Positions 27,111 through 45,281 of a stretch of 64,000 nucleotides of DNA are shown one piece after another. The DNA is taken from the NCBI RefSeq assembly GCF_058153355.1, contig NZ_CM177019.1, one strand, 5' to 3'. The notes under the pieces were generated by a model. That model did not search any database. It was not told the origin of the DNA and saw nothing but the letters and a program-made list of their open reading frames with translations. The translations under genes and the position numbers were made by a program. The number at the start of each line of letters is the position of its first letter. The stretch's first letter is position 1.

Positions 27111-27944
27111 ATGGAACTCATTGAAAAACATGCTAGCTTTGGCGGCTGGCAGAATGTATATCGGCATTATTCCCAATCACTTAATTGTGAAATGAATGTC
27201 GGGGTCTATCTCCCACCTAAAGCCGCAAGTGAAAAATTGCCAGTGCTGTACTGGCTTTCGGGCCTGACCTGTAACGAGCAGAATTTCATTACTAAATCGG
27301 GGATGCAACGTTACGCGGCTGAGCACAACATTATTGTTGTTGCGCCAGACACCAGTCCGCGAGGCAGTCATGTCGCAGATGCCGACCGTTACGATCTCGG
27401 GCAAGGTGCCGGGTTTTACCTGAACGCGACGCAAGCGCCGTGGAATGAACATTACAAAATGTATGACTATATCCGCAGCGAGCTGCCGGATTTAGTGATG
27501 CAACATTTTCCGGCAACGACCAGAAAGTCTATCTCAGGTCATTCTATGGGCGGGCTGGGCGCGCTGGTGCTGGCGTTACGTAACCCAGATGAATATGTCA
27601 GCGTCTCGGCGTTTTCGCCCATTGTCTCCCCATCGCAAGTACCGTGGGGACAGCAAGCCTTTGCCGCATATCTTGGTGAAAATAAAGATGCCTGGTTGGA
27701 TTACGATCCGGTGAGCCTTATTTCACAAGGTCAACGCGTTGCGGAAATCATGGTTGATCAGGGATTGAGTGATGATTTTTACGCAGAACAGCTGCGGACT
27801 CAAAATCTTGAAAAGATCTGCCAGGAGATGAATATCAAAACGTTAATCCGTTATCACGAGGGTTATGATCACAGCTATTATTTTGTCTCCAGTTTTATTG
27901 GCGAGCATATTGCCTACCACGCCAATAAACTGAATATGCGTTGA
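27111..27944 (+). CDS. frmB: S-formylglutathione hydrolase
   Basis: 277-aa esterase ORF with GHSMGG serine motif. Confidence 0.9.
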   Translation: MELIEKHASFGGWQNVYRHYSQSLNCEMNVGVYLPPKAASEKLPVLYWLSGLTCNEQNFITKSGMQRYAAEHNIIVVAPDTSPRGSHVADADRYDLGQGAGFYLNATQAPWNEHYKMYDYIRSELPDLVMQHFPATTRKSISGHSMGGLGALVLALRNPDEYVSVSAFSPIVSPSQVPWGQQAFAAYLGENKDAWLDYDPVSLISQGQRVAEIMVDQGLSDDFYAEQLRTQNLEKICQEMNIKTLIRYHEGYDHSYYFVSSFIGEHIAYHANKLNMR

Positions 27945-27947
27945 GCA

Positions 27948-28160
27948 TCCGCGCACGCCAGCCGGATGCGGCGTGAACGCCTTATCCGCCTACATTTCGC
28001 CCATAAACCGTAGGCATGATAAGACGCGCATAGCGTCGCATCAGGCATCTGCGCACAACTGCCGGATGCGGCGTGAACGCCTTATCCGGCCTACATTTCG
28101 CCCATGAGCCGTAGGCATGATAAGACGCGCAAAGCATCGCATCAGGCATCTGCGCACGAC
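27948..28160. repeat. BIME: two tandem ~105-bp units each containing a REP pair (frmB-yaiL intergenic)
   Basis: gccggatgcggcgtgaacgccttatccg...gtaggcatgataagacgcgc...cgcatcaggcatctgcgcac repeated twice. Confidence 0.8.
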
Positions 28161-28170
28161 TTATCTATGT

Positions 28171-28710
28171 TTACCACATCAAATCATCAGGCACTTTAAA
28201 GTCGGCATACGGATCGTCTTCATCCTGCTCTTCGGCGCTGAGCGCGCTGTGCAACACAATACTGCTGGCGTCACGCTGAGCAATTTTATCGGCAACGCTG
28301 GCGGGAATAATGGCGTATTCACCTTCGCTATTGTTATCGATCTGCAAACGTGCAATCGCCAGACGACCATTAATCAACTGCGTTTGTGTGAGCTTATCGA
28401 CAAAAATCTTCTTAATCAGATTGCCATCGGTAAAGTTAAAACCGATATCGCCATTGGCAATGGTGATCCGGTTCATTTCAATGAGCTGCTTCACCTGGGC
28501 TTTATATTCTTTCGCCAACGCCGCTTGTTTTTGCTGCTCGCTAAGCTGTTTATCACGCTCAAGCTGTGCCTTTTTATTTTCTTCTACCGCCGCCCGAGCT
28601 TCACGCGCCTGAACGCGCGATTTTTTCGCCGTTCTCTCGACCTTCGCCGCTTTTTTGCTGGTGACTAATCCTGCTTTGAGCAACTGCTCTTGTAAGGTAA
28701 GTTTTGCCAT
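28171..28710 (-). CDS. yaiL: DUF2058 protein YaiL
   Basis: ORF 28171..28722; ~179-aa product from MAKLTLQEQLLKAGLVTSKKAAK... Confidence 0.8.
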   Translation of the reverse strand: MAKLTLQEQLLKAGLVTSKKAAKVERTAKKSRVQAREARAAVEENKKAQLERDKQLSEQQKQAALAKEYKAQVKQLIEMNRITIANGDIGFNFTDGNLIKKIFVDKLTQTQLINGRLAIARLQIDNNSEGEYAIIPASVADKIAQRDASSIVLHSALSAEEQDEDDPYADFKVPDDLMW

Positions 28711-28811
28711 CTTTGTTTCCAAACCCGCTGAATAATTTTTAGCGAGTATACCTGTAAACGCCGTAGGTGTATTGGGGGCAAGTCCCTTTCGCCCCTACCT
28801 AATAAGGCGCG

Positions 28812-30023
28812 TCAGGCATCGGCGCACGGCTGCATTCGTGATCTCCGGCTCATCAAAATAAACACTGCCAGGCCAGCAACAAAAATACCCGGCGCTGAAG
28901 CGGCCATTACGCCAACCGTGCCAGTACCTAATGCCAGCATTTTCCCGGCCAGTAACGGACCGCTCATAGCCCCCAGACGCCCTACCGCCACGGCGGTTCC
29001 CACGCCGGTTGCGCGGATCTGCGAACTGTAAAACAACGGAGCCAATGCATACAAAACGCTTTGCCCACCTGTTGCAAACAACCCTGCGACGAATCCCGCC
29101 AGCAACATACCGTTAAATGATGACACCGTTCCCAGCGCTAACAGCGAAGCTAACATACCGCTATAAATCAGTAGCGACATGATCATTGGACGCAGTTTAT
29201 CCATCAAGGCGCCCAATATTAACGTCCCGCTTGCCGCCCCCATTTGTAGTGCAAACATCACCCCTGCCGCCTGCGATGGCTGGAATCCTTGTTCCACTAA
29301 AAGCAGCGGTAGCCAGTTGATCAACATGTAGACCACCAGCAAAGTGAAGAAATAACACAACCACAGCAGCAGCGTTGCGGTTGCCGTGTTGGGCGCAAAT
29401 AACGCACGCAGCGGCGGCGCAGCCTGTTTTTCGCCAGCGAACACCGCCGACTCCGGCAGCCAGCGCATTAACAGTGGCACCAGAATCAACGGCACCACAC
29501 CACCTACCCAAAACACCGTTTGCCAGGCTAAGTTTGCCCCTGCAAAACCCAGTGTCGCCGCCAGCGCCGCGCCAATGGGAACCCCGCAATACATCAGGCT
29601 CACCGCCGTTCCACGAAAACGTGGCCCCGCCGCTTCAGACGTCAGGGCGATAAGATTCGGCAACGCCGCCCCCAGCCCGACACCGGTCATCAGCCGCGCA
29701 AAGACCAGTGAGGGGAAATCCCAGGCAATAGCCGTTGCCAGCGAGAACAAACCAAACAGCGCAACTGAACCAATCAAAATGCGTTTACGACCATAACGGT
29801 CCGCCAGCATTCCGCCAACCAGCGCGCCGGGTAGCAAACCGAGTATTCCGGCACTGAATATCCAGCCCATTTGCATTTTATCGAGTGCAAAAGCCTGGGC
29901 GATGCCACCCGCCGCAATGCCAGCCGCCTGAAGATCCAGTCCTTCCATCAGAGCGACCAAAAAACAAAGCCCGACGGTCAGCATCAGGCGGGATGAAGAT
30001 GATGAAGGGGTACGAGTCGACAT
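28812..30023 (-). CDS. mhpT: 3-(3-hydroxyphenyl)propionate transporter (MFS)
   Basis: ORF 28812..30092; 403-aa product from MSTRTPSSSSSRLMLTVGLCFLV...; 12-TM MFS pattern. Confidence 0.9.
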   Translation of the reverse strand: MSTRTPSSSSSRLMLTVGLCFLVALMEGLDLQAAGIAAGGIAQAFALDKMQMGWIFSAGILGLLPGALVGGMLADRYGRKRILIGSVALFGLFSLATAIAWDFPSLVFARLMTGVGLGAALPNLIALTSEAAGPRFRGTAVSLMYCGVPIGAALAATLGFAGANLAWQTVFWVGGVVPLILVPLLMRWLPESAVFAGEKQAAPPLRALFAPNTATATLLLWLCYFFTLLVVYMLINWLPLLLVEQGFQPSQAAGVMFALQMGAASGTLILGALMDKLRPMIMSLLIYSGMLASLLALGTVSSFNGMLLAGFVAGLFATGGQSVLYALAPLFYSSQIRATGVGTAVAVGRLGAMSGPLLAGKMLALGTGTVGVMAASAPGIFVAGLAVFILMSRRSRMQPCADA

Positions 30024-30100
30024 AAGATGAACCTCGTTGCGAATGCAGGTGAATCGCGGCTGATACATTGCCAGCCGCGTAATCAAAACCATTTAATGAC

Positions 30101-30400
<300 letters not shown>

Positions 30401-30432
30401 GGATGGGTATACAAAATGCACGTTGTCAGCAG

Positions 30433-31448
30433 TCAACATGATTTGTTGTTGCACAGATCCAGCGCCACGTCGACGATCATATCCTCCTGGCCGCCGACCA
30501 TCCGGCGTTTACCCAGCTCAACGAGAATATCCACCGCGCTTAAACCATAACGCGCCGCCGCCGTTTCACAGTGACGCAAAAAGCTTGAGTAAACACCAGC
30601 GTATCCCAGCGCCAGCGTTTCGCGGTCGACACGTACCGGACGATCCTGCAACGGACGCACCAGGTCGTCAGCGGCATCCATTAACGCATAGAGATCGGTC
30701 CCATGCTGCCAGCCCAGTTTATCCGCGGCGGCAATAAACACTTCCAGCGGTGCGTTACCTGCACCCGCGCCCATCCCCGCGAGGCTAGCGTCGATGCGGT
30801 CACAGCCCTCTTCCACCGCCGCGATAGAGTTCGCCACACCAAGACTCAGGTTATGGTGAGCATGCATGCCAGTTTGCGTTTCCGGTTTGAGCACCGCTTT
30901 CAGGGCGCGGAAACGGTCACGGATATCGCTCATGTTCATCGCACCGCCAGAATCCACCACATAAATACAGGTCGCACCGTAGCCTTCCATCAGCTTTGCC
31001 TGTTTTGCGAGATTCTCTGGCGTGGTCATGTGGCTCATCATCAGAAAGCCAACGGTATCCATTCCGAGTTCGCGGGCATACTGAATATGCTGAGCGGAAA
31101 CATCAGCTTCGGTGCAGTGCGTAGCCACACGAACCACCCGCGCGCCAGCCTGCCAGGCATTTTTCAAATCGTGAATAGTGCCAATTCCTGGCAGCAATAA
31201 CGTCGCGATTTTGGCGTGCTTTACCACATCCGCCGCTGCTTCAATCCATTCAAGGTCGCTATGCGCACCGAAACCATAGTTAAAGCTGGAACCCTGCAAA
31301 CCATCGCCATGGGCCACTTCAATCGAATCCACGCGGGCATCATCCAGTGCTTTGGCAATCTGGCGGACATTTTCAAGTGAATACTGATGACGAATGGCGT
31401 GCATACCGTCACGCAACGTGACGTCCGAGATATAAAGTTTTTTACCGT

Positions 31449-31452
<4 letters not shown>
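30433..31452 (-). CDS. mhpE: 4-hydroxy-2-oxovalerate aldolase
   Basis: 339-aa [28 protein letters not shown]... Confidence 0.95.
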
Positions 31453-33214
<1,762 letters not shown>

Positions 33215-34081
33215 TTAAGCACGTGCGAGGAAATTCAGCACCAGTTGATTGAAAGCGTCGGCATGTTCCCACTGCGCCCAGTGACCACAGTCGCGAAAGA
33301 TATGCAGTTCAGAACCGGCGATGCCAGAAAGCAGACGCAGCCCTGCGTCCATCGGCACAAAACGGTCGTTACGCCCCCAGACAATCAGAGTTTGCGCTTT
33401 GATTTCCGCCAGACGTGGACCAAAATCCGGGAACTGTTTCGGATTGGCTTCCAGGCTCTTAACGAAGTTTTCCAGGTGATCGCGGCGCGACAGCATATTA
33501 TTCAGGCGCGCTTCAAACAGGACGTCGGTCAAATCGCTGGTATCGAAAACGAAGATATCCATCATCAGCTTCAGATTTTCGATAGTCGGCTGGCGATAAA
33601 GCTGATTCAGTCGCTTAATGCCTTCAGTTGGCATCGGCGTAAACAAACTCATGCCACCTGTACCGCCGCCCATCAGCACCAGTTTGCCGACGCGCTCCGG
33701 CCAGTTAAGGGTGAACGCCACAGAACTGTGGCCGCCCATCGAGTTGCCCAGCAGGTGGATTTTGGCGATATCCAGTTGATCCACCACACTTTTCAGGATG
33801 CGCGCATTGAGATCCGATCGCGAACCACTGTTAACAATCGAATCGCTCTTACCCCAACCAGGACAATCCAGCAGGATCACCCGATAACCAGCTTCTACCA
33901 GCGGATCGATATTGCGGCTGAAGTTCGCCCAGCCCGTAGCCCCCGGGCCGGAGCCGTGCAGCAGGACAACGGTTTCGTCGCCTTGACCGCAGTCATTAAA
34001 ATGGATGCGCAGCGTTTTACCCGCTTCTTCTACATTCAGAAAACGGCTGGTGGCGGCTTCGGTTTGTGGCTGATAACTCAT
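33215..34081 (-). CDS. mhpC: 2-hydroxy-6-oxononadienedioate hydrolase (alpha/beta hydrolase)
   Basis: ORF 33215..34144; 288-aa product from [22 protein letters not shown]... with GNSMGG nucleophile elbow. Confidence 0.9.
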   Translation of the reverse strand: MSYQPQTEAATSRFLNVEEAGKTLRIHFNDCGQGDETVVLLHGSGPGATGWANFSRNIDPLVEAGYRVILLDCPGWGKSDSIVNSGSRSDLNARILKSVVDQLDIAKIHLLGNSMGGHSSVAFTLNWPERVGKLVLMGGGTGGMSLFTPMPTEGIKRLNQLYRQPTIENLKLMMDIFVFDTSDLTDVLFEARLNNMLSRRDHLENFVKSLEANPKQFPDFGPRLAEIKAQTLIVWGRNDRFVPMDAGLRLLSGIAGSELHIFRDCGHWAQWEHADAFNQLVLNFLARA

Positions 34082-34098
34082 CATCTTCTCCTGCATAT

Positions 34099-35043
34099 TC
34101 AGTTCTCTGTTCTGGCGCTTAACGAGCCAAATCCGGCAATCCACTCCGGGATCGGGCGGTAATAACGCCCTTCGCTACGCCAGTTGCCAAACGCAGAAAT
34201 AGCGGCAAAAGCAGCGACCCAGGTTTTGATTTCATGTGTCGACTTTCCTGCAATGGCGGAAAGCTCTTCGTTACTGACGGCATCCAGTTCCTGTATGCGT
34301 CCCTGCTCCAGCAAAGACATGAACTGGTTATCCCAAATCGGGTTGAGCGGATGCAGAGTTCTCTGATCCTCAACAAACCTCTCAGCGGCGCTAATCACCC
34401 GTTGCTGGCGCATTTCGCGCTCATTGGCGGGCAAATCTTTCCCGCTACCCAACAGACGATCGCGCATATGGGCATCCGCTTTCGCCAGTTCTGGCACCGG
34501 CGGCTGATGGGAAAGCCCACCGGAACCCAGGAACAGCACGCGCTTATTCAGCGTACTGGTGAAACGTCCAATGGCTTCACCCAACATGCGGGTACGCTGA
34601 AAACCAGGTAGCGGCGTGGCGACACCGTTGATGAATACAGGCAGGACCGGCACCTTATCCAGCCCGCCGAGCAGGAACTCCAGCGGCTGGGCAAAACCGT
34701 GATCCACCTGCATACAGTAAGAAACGGCAAGATCTATCCCACTCTTCATGACGGCATGCGCACAAGCCTCCGCCAACTCCACAGGCACAGGAAGCTCTCC
34801 TGCCGCACTGCCGAAATCGCCAATTGCCGTCGCCCCAACGCCTAAACAGAAGGGTGGCATCACGTCATAGAAAAAACCGTTGTAATGATCTGGCGCAAAC
34901 AGCACCACCAGTTCAGGGGAGAAGGCCGCAATACGCTCGCGGGCACTGGCAATCACGCCATTGACCTCATCGAGTATCTCTTGCGCCGGGTCGACATACC
35001 CTACCAGCGGCGAGTGGGAAAGACAGTGAAGATAAGCGTGCAT
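34099..35043 (-). CDS. mhpB: 3-(2,3-dihydroxyphenyl)propionate 1,2-dioxygenase (extradiol)
   Basis: 314-aa [25 protein letters not shown]... Confidence 0.95.
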   Translation of the reverse strand: MHAYLHCLSHSPLVGYVDPAQEILDEVNGVIASARERIAAFSPELVVLFAPDHYNGFFYDVMPPFCLGVGATAIGDFGSAAGELPVPVELAEACAHAVMKSGIDLAVSYCMQVDHGFAQPLEFLLGGLDKVPVLPVFINGVATPLPGFQRTRMLGEAIGRFTSTLNKRVLFLGSGGLSHQPPVPELAKADAHMRDRLLGSGKDLPANEREMRQQRVISAAERFVEDQRTLHPLNPIWDNQFMSLLEQGRIQELDAVSNEELSAIAGKSTHEIKTWVAAFAAISAFGNWRSEGRYYRPIPEWIAGFGSLSARTEN

Positions 35044-35044
35044 A

Positions 35045-36709
35045 TCAGGCTACCTTTTCGACAGAAACGTCGACATCAGGGCGGTTGAGTGTCATCACGG
35101 ACGCCAGTTTATTCAGCGTATTACCCAGAGTTTGCGGAATGGCGATGGCGGCAACAAAGCGATCCGGGCGCATCACCACCAGCGAAGCATTATGTTGTGC
35201 GAACCAGCTACGCAGGCGACCTTGCGTATCACCCACGCGCAGCACGCCGTCGTAGTTATCCTGCACGGTATGAATTTGCACATCCGGCACCACCTGAATG
35301 AAGCGAGTACCCAGCGCGCGCCATTGCTGGATTTGCTCATCGCTCATCCCCCACAGTGGATTGCATCCCCAGCCAATTACCGCGAAGTTCGCGCCGATCG
35401 CGTTATCGAGCAACGTCACGTCGCAGTTTTCCAGCGTAACTTTCGGCTGAATAAACATCTTGCCGACCGGAGAGTGTTTCGCTTCGCCTTCACGCACCAG
35501 CGCACCGGCGTAATATTGCGGCATCGGCTTGAAGCGCATTTCGAGGAAGTAGCGTTTTACTGGCGGCAGATAATTCAGCAGCCAGGAAACACCGTCACGT
35601 AACGTACCCTGCCAGCGTTTCGGCGGAGCCAGTACGTTGCCCGCCGTCACCGACAGATTAATCATCGCTTTGGCGTGATCGCGACGTTCTTGTTGATAGG
35701 TATCGAGCAGCGCATCGCGAGCTTTCCCCTGGATAACCAACGCCAGTTTCCAGGCGAGGTTAAAGGCGTCGCGCATACCACTGTTATAGCCCTGCCCCTG
35801 CCACACCGGCATAATATGCGCGGCATCGCCCGCCAGCAGTACGCGGTCAATACGAAAACGTTGTGCCAGTCGCGCGTTGTGGGTGTAAACACGCTGACGA
35901 ATCAATTCGACGTTGTCCGGATTAGGCAGCACTTTGCTTAACAGCTTGCGCATATTTTGCGGCTCGCGGAGCTGTTCTTCGGTTTCGCCCGGCATCACCA
36001 TAAATTCAAAGCGACGTACCGCATGAGGCAGAGCCGCAGAAACATACGGGCGCACCGGATCGCAACACAAATAGATATGCGGCGTACTTAACGGATCGTT
36101 GGCGATATCCACCACAATCCACTGATTTGGTGCGGTTTTACCTTCAAACGGCACATTCAGGGTGCGCCGGACAAAACTTGCTCCACCGTCACAGGCTACC
36201 AGCCACTGGGCTTTGACCGTTTCCCGCTGCCCTTCTGCCGTTTTCAGATACAAGGTCACTTCGTCATCTTGCTGGCTGAAGGCCTCCAGCTCGCGGGAAA
36301 ACAGGCAGCGCACATTCGGAAACCGCGACAACCCTTCCAGCATCACCGCATCGACCTGCGGCTGAATAAAGGCGTTACGACGCGGCCAGCCAAATTCATC
36401 GGTCATTGGCTGAATATCAGCAAAACAGCGGCCTTTTGGGGTAAGAAAACGCATCGCATGCCACGGCGTAGTGTGCGGCAGAACATTATCGACAAGGTCA
36501 ACCGACTGCATGGTGCGCAGCGCCTCGTCATCAATTCCAATCGCGCGTGGATAGTCGATCAACTTATCGAGTTTCTCCACCACCAGCACGTCAATGCCCA
36601 TCTGGCCGAGATAGTTCGCCATCATCAGCCCGACCGGACCGGCACCAGCGATCGCCACCTGAACGCAATGGTTAACAGCAGGCTGGATGTCAGGGTGTTG
36701 TATTGCCAT
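35045..36709 (-). CDS. mhpA: 3-(3-hydroxyphenyl)propionate hydroxylase (FAD monooxygenase)
   Basis: 554-aa ORF with FAD-binding [17 protein letters not shown] motif. Confidence 0.95.
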   Translation of the reverse strand: MAIQHPDIQPAVNHCVQVAIAGAGPVGLMMANYLGQMGIDVLVVEKLDKLIDYPRAIGIDDEALRTMQSVDLVDNVLPHTTPWHAMRFLTPKGRCFADIQPMTDEFGWPRRNAFIQPQVDAVMLEGLSRFPNVRCLFSRELEAFSQQDDEVTLYLKTAEGQRETVKAQWLVACDGGASFVRRTLNVPFEGKTAPNQWIVVDIANDPLSTPHIYLCCDPVRPYVSAALPHAVRRFEFMVMPGETEEQLREPQNMRKLLSKVLPNPDNVELIRQRVYTHNARLAQRFRIDRVLLAGDAAHIMPVWQGQGYNSGMRDAFNLAWKLALVIQGKARDALLDTYQQERRDHAKAMINLSVTAGNVLAPPKRWQGTLRDGVSWLLNYLPPVKRYFLEMRFKPMPQYYAGALVREGEAKHSPVGKMFIQPKVTLENCDVTLLDNAIGANFAVIGWGCNPLWGMSDEQIQQWRALGTRFIQVVPDVQIHTVQDNYDGVLRVGDTQGRLRSWFAQHNASLVVMRPDRFVAAIAIPQTLGNTLNKLASVMTLNRPDVDVSVEKVA

Positions 36710-36850
36710 TTCAGTACCTCACGACTCGGACAAAATGCCGTTGCGCGCACAGTTCAACGCAACTTATTTTGTTAAAAACATGTAAATGATTTTTTATTGT
36801 GCGCTCAGTATAGGAAGGGTGTTTTCGGCTACAATCAAAACATGCCTGAG

Positions 36851-36867
36851 TGTGCACCAGGTGCACA
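36851..36867. promoter_or_regulatory. MhpR operator palindrome in the mhpR-mhpA divergent promoter region
   Basis: tgtgcaccaggtgcaca (TGCACC-N-GGTGCA inverted repeat) between mhpA and mhpR starts. Confidence 0.6.
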
Positions 36868-36899
36868 ACGTTGTTTTAACTATAGAAATGTCAATTAAT

Positions 36900-37733
36900 A
36901 TGCAGAAAGATGAGCAGGCGGAATACAAAACCGTGCGCGGCTTAACCCGCGGTATAATGTTACTAAATATGTTAAATAAACTCGATGGCGGTGCCAGCGT
37001 CGGGCTGCTGGCGGAGCTCAGCGGCCTGCATCGAACTACTGTGCGGCGACTGCTGGAAACGCTGCAGGAAGAGGGATATGTCCGGCGCAGTACCTCCGAT
37101 GACAGTTTTCGTCTGACCATCAAAGTGCGGCAATTAAGCGAAGGATTTCGTGACGAACAATGGATTTCTGCACTGGCAGCCCCGCTGCTGGGCGATCTGT
37201 TGCGCGAAGTGGTATGGCCGACAGATGTGTCCACGCTGGATGTTGATGCAATGGTGGTACGCGAAACCACCCACCGTTTCAGCCGTTTATCTTTTCACCG
37301 GGCAATGGTCGGACGGCGTTTACCGCTCCTGAAAACCGCCTCGGGCCTGACCTGGCTGGCCTTTTGCCCGGAACAAGAACGCAAGGAGTTAATCGAAATG
37401 TTAGCCGCCCGTCCCGGTGATGACTATCAGCTGGCACGGGAGCCGTTAAAGCTGGAAGCCATTCTGGCGCGCGCACGCAAAGAGGGTTACGGACAGAACT
37501 ACCGTGGCTGGGATCAGGAAGAGAAGATCGCCTCCATTGCCGTGCCCCTACGCAGTGAACAACGGGTGATTGGCTGTCTGAATCTGGTGTATATGGCAAG
37601 CGCAATGACCATCGAACAGGCAGCGGAAAAGCATCTTCCGGCGCTACAACGGGTAGCAAAACAGATCGAAGAAGGGGTTGAATCGCAGGCTATTCTGGTG
37701 GCCGGACGGCGAAGCGGCGTGCATTTACGCTAG
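36900..37733 (+). CDS. mhpR: IclR-family activator of the mhp operon
   Basis: ORF 36786..37733; 277-aa product from MQKDEQAEYKTVRGLTRGIMLLNMLNKLDGG... Confidence 0.9.
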   Translation: MQKDEQAEYKTVRGLTRGIMLLNMLNKLDGGASVGLLAELSGLHRTTVRRLLETLQEEGYVRRSTSDDSFRLTIKVRQLSEGFRDEQWISALAAPLLGDLLREVVWPTDVSTLDVDAMVVRETTHRFSRLSFHRAMVGRRLPLLKTASGLTWLAFCPEQERKELIEMLAARPGDDYQLAREPLKLEAILARARKEGYGQNYRGWDQEEKIASIAVPLRSEQRVIGCLNLVYMASAMTIEQAAEKHLPALQRVAKQIEEGVESQAILVAGRRSGVHLR

Positions 37734-37835
37734 TTGCGCCAATGTGTAATTTGGCCCATTCTCATCGTTATTCGCCCATTTGCCCACATGCACAGTACGG
37801 GCTGCACGCTACGCTAATGCCATCAATACTGTGAT

Positions 37836-38624
37836 GTGGAGCAAATCATGAAAATTACTCAAATTCGTAATGCCACCCAAATTATCCAATACGCTGGCAA
37901 AACATTTCTTATTGACCCGTTACTCGCGCCTAAAGGAAGTTATCCGGGTTTTGCCGGAACGGCACGCGCAGAAATCCGCAATCCAACGGTAGAATTACCG
38001 TGCGATTTAACAACGTTACTCAACGTTGACGCCCTAATAGTGACCCATTTGCATGAAGATCACTGGGACGAAACAGCCTCCCGCGTCGTCCCCAAAGATA
38101 AACAGATTTATGTGCAAAATGAGCAAGATGCTGAATCACTGCATAAACAAGGATTTACGCATCTTACCGTACTTGCCGACGAGACTAAATTTGGCGATAT
38201 TACTCTGCATAAAACGACAGGGCAGCACGGCTCCGATCGCACCTATGCAGACCCGGCTATGGCGAAGCGTTTAGGCGCAGCCTGCGGCGTTGTTTTCCAG
38301 CACCCGACAGAGAAAACGCTCTATCTGGCTGGCGATACCCTCTGGCGTGATGACGTCGAGGCTACAATGCTAACTTTCCAACCAGAAGTGGTGGTGTTGA
38401 ATGCCGGATTTGCGCATGTTCTGGGGCATGGCGCGATAATTATGGGAGCTGAAGATATTCTCAAAACACATTTCACCCTGCCAGAAGCGCAAATTGTCGC
38501 GACACATATGGAGGCCGTAAACCACTGTTTGCTGACGCGTGATGCTCTCAAGGAATACGCCAGAGATAATCAAATTATCGAATTTGTGAACGTACCAGAA
38601 GATGGTGAAACGTTGACATTCTAA
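37836..38624 (+). CDS. Metallo-beta-lactamase-fold hydrolase (accessory, function unknown)
   Basis: 262-aa ORF with THLHEDHWD (HxHxDH) zinc-binding motif; lies between mhpR and lacI. Confidence 0.7.
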   Translation: MEQIMKITQIRNATQIIQYAGKTFLIDPLLAPKGSYPGFAGTARAEIRNPTVELPCDLTTLLNVDALIVTHLHEDHWDETASRVVPKDKQIYVQNEQDAESLHKQGFTHLTVLADETKFGDITLHKTTGQHGSDRTYADPAMAKRLGAACGVVFQHPTEKTLYLAGDTLWRDDVEATMLTFQPEVVVLNAGFAHVLGHGAIIMGAEDILKTHFTLPEAQIVATHMEAVNHCLLTRDALKEYARDNQIIEFVNVPEDGETLTF

Positions 38625-38643
38625 TTCGGAGATAAAGAGTGTT

Positions 38644-39597
38644 ATGCGCCCGCTAACTGTTGCCATTATCGCCGTTGCCGGTTTTAGTCCTTTTCACCTT
38701 TCCGTACCGTTTATCGTGTTTAGCGAAAAAATGGCGGAGAAAAAACGCTTTCATGTAATTATCTGCGCTGAAAAGCCGGGAAATGTGGACTCTGCCGATG
38801 GGTTTTCCGTAACCGCCACCCATGACTATACGGCAGTCATCCAGGCGGATATTGTGATAATTCCTTACTGGGGAACAATTACACAAAAACCGCCACAAAA
38901 ACTGCTGGAAGCCTTAACGACCGCACGAGATAACGGGGCACAGATTGTCGGGCTTTGCCTGGGCACGTTTGTGCTCGGCTATGCAGGTTTACTGAACAAT
39001 AAGCGTGCTGCCACGCACTGGGAGTTCGAGCGTGAATTTCAGGCACGTTTTCCACAAACACATCTGGATATTAACGCGTTGTATGTAGACGATGATGGCA
39101 TTATTACCTCTGCCGGTACTGCCGCGGCGCTGGATTGCTGTTTGTATATTGTTCGGCAACATTTTGGCAGCGACTATGCTAACCATATTGCCCGACGGAT
39201 GGTCGTACCGCCATATCGCACCGGCGGTCAGGCGCAGTTTATAGAGCAACCGGTGCCGAAAAATACCCATGATGAACGCATTAACCTCCTGCTGGATTAC
39301 CTGCGGCAAAACATTACGCAACAGCATGATCTCGACTCGCTGGCTCAGCAAGTAATGATGAGTCGCCGCACACTAACCCGTCATTTTATGAAAGCGACCG
39401 GTTCGAGTATCGCCGAATGGCTCATCACTGAACGCTTACGCCGTAGCCAGGAACTGTTGGGATCCAGTCAGTTGCCCGTTGAGCGGATAGCGGCTGAGGT
39501 GGGTTTTCTCTCACCTGTGACCTGGCGTCAGCATTTTAAATCTCACTTCGGCGTCAGCCCCGCAGAATGGCGCAAAACCTTTCGTGGTATGGCATGA
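38644..39597 (+). CDS. GlxA-family transcriptional regulator (DJ-1/PfpI-like N-domain + AraC-type HTH)
   Basis: 317-aa ORF; N-terminal GLCLGTFVLG nucleophile-elbow-like region, C-terminal AraC HTH (RRTLTRHFMKATGSSIAEWLITERLRRSQELL...); 19 bp after the MBL gene. Confidence 0.7.
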   Translation: MRPLTVAIIAVAGFSPFHLSVPFIVFSEKMAEKKRFHVIICAEKPGNVDSADGFSVTATHDYTAVIQADIVIIPYWGTITQKPPQKLLEALTTARDNGAQIVGLCLGTFVLGYAGLLNNKRAATHWEFEREFQARFPQTHLDINALYVDDDGIITSAGTAAALDCCLYIVRQHFGSDYANHIARRMVVPPYRTGGQAQFIEQPVPKNTHDERINLLLDYLRQNITQQHDLDSLAQQVMMSRRTLTRHFMKATGSSIAEWLITERLRRSQELLGSSQLPVERIAAEVGFLSPVTWRQHFKSHFGVSPAEWRKTFRGMA

Positions 39598-39633
39598 TAG
39601 CGCCCGGAAGAAAGTCAATTCAGGGTGGTGAAT

Positions 39634-40708
39634 GTGAAACCAGTAACGCTATACGATGTCGCGGAGTATGCCGGTGTCTCTTATCAGACCGTTTCCCGCG
39701 TGGTGAATCAGGCCAGCCACGTTTCAGCGAAAACGCGGGAAAAAGTGGAAGCGGCGATGGCGGAGCTAAATTACATTCCCAACCGCGTAGCACAACAGTT
39801 AGCGGGCAAACAGTCGTTGCTGATTGGCGTTGCCACCTCCAGTCTGGCCCTGCACGCACCGTCGCAAATTGTCGCGGCGATTAAATCTCGCGCCGATCAA
39901 CTGGGTGCCAGCGTGGTGGTGTCTATGGTAGAAAGAAGCGGTGTCGAAGCCTGTAAAGCGGCAGTACACAATCTTCTCGCGCAACGCGTAAGTGGTCTGA
40001 TCATCAACTATCCGCTGGATGACCAGGATGCCATTGCTGTGGAGGCAGCCTGCGCTAATGTTCCGGCGCTATTTCTTGATGTCTCTGACCAGACTCCCAT
40101 CAACAGTATTATTTTTTCCCATGAAGACGGTACGCGGCTGGGCGTAGAGCATTTGGTCGCATTGGGTCACCAGCAAATCGCGCTGTTAGCGGGCCCATTT
40201 AGTTCTGTCTCGGCGCGTCTGCGTCTGGCGGGCTGGCATAAATATCTTAAACACAATCAAATTCAACCGATAGCGGAACGGGAAGGCGACTGGAGCGCCA
40301 TGTCCGGTTTTCATCAAACCATGCAGATGCTGAATGAGGGCATCATTCCTACCGCGATGCTGGTTGCCAACGATCAGATGGCGCTGGGTGCAATGCGCGC
40401 CATTACCGAGTTCGGGCTGCGCGTCGGCGCGGATATCTCGGTAGTGGGATACGACGATACCGAAGACAGCTCGTGTTATATCCCGCCATTAACGACCATC
40501 AAACAGGATTTTCGCCTGCTTGGGCAAACCAGCGTGGACCGCTTGCTGCAACTCTCTCAGGGCCAGGCAGTGAAGGGTAATCAGCTGTTGCCCGTCTCAC
40601 TGGTGAAACGAAAAACCACCCTGCCACCCAATACGCAAACCGCTTCTCCCCAGGCGTTGGCTGATTCCTTAATGCAGCTGGCGCGACAAATTTCCCGACT
40701 GGAAAGCG

Positions 40709-40716
<8 letters not shown>
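39634..40716 (+). CDS. lacI: Lactose operon repressor (GTG start)
   Basis: ORF 39625..40716; 360-aa product from (V)KPVTLYDVAEYAGVSYQTVSRVVNQ...; ~3% residue differences from K-12 LacI as I recall it. Confidence 0.95.
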
Positions 40717-43911
<3,195 letters not shown>

Positions 43912-43917
43912 TAATAA

Positions 43918-45216
<1,299 letters not shown>

Positions 45217-45225
45217 GCAATCAAT

Positions 45226-45255
45226 GTCGGATGCGGCGCGAGCGCCTTATCCGAC
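45226..45255. repeat. REP element between lacY and lacA
   Basis: gtcggatgcggcgcgagcgccttatccgac. Confidence 0.7.
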
Positions 45256-45281
45256 CAACATATCAGGACGGAATGATCAAA

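Noticed and set aside
28117-28668. 183-aa plus-strand ORF antisense to yaiL
   Set aside because: Mirror ORF of yaiL, whose Lys/Glu/Ala-rich coding strand leaves the antisense frame open by chance.
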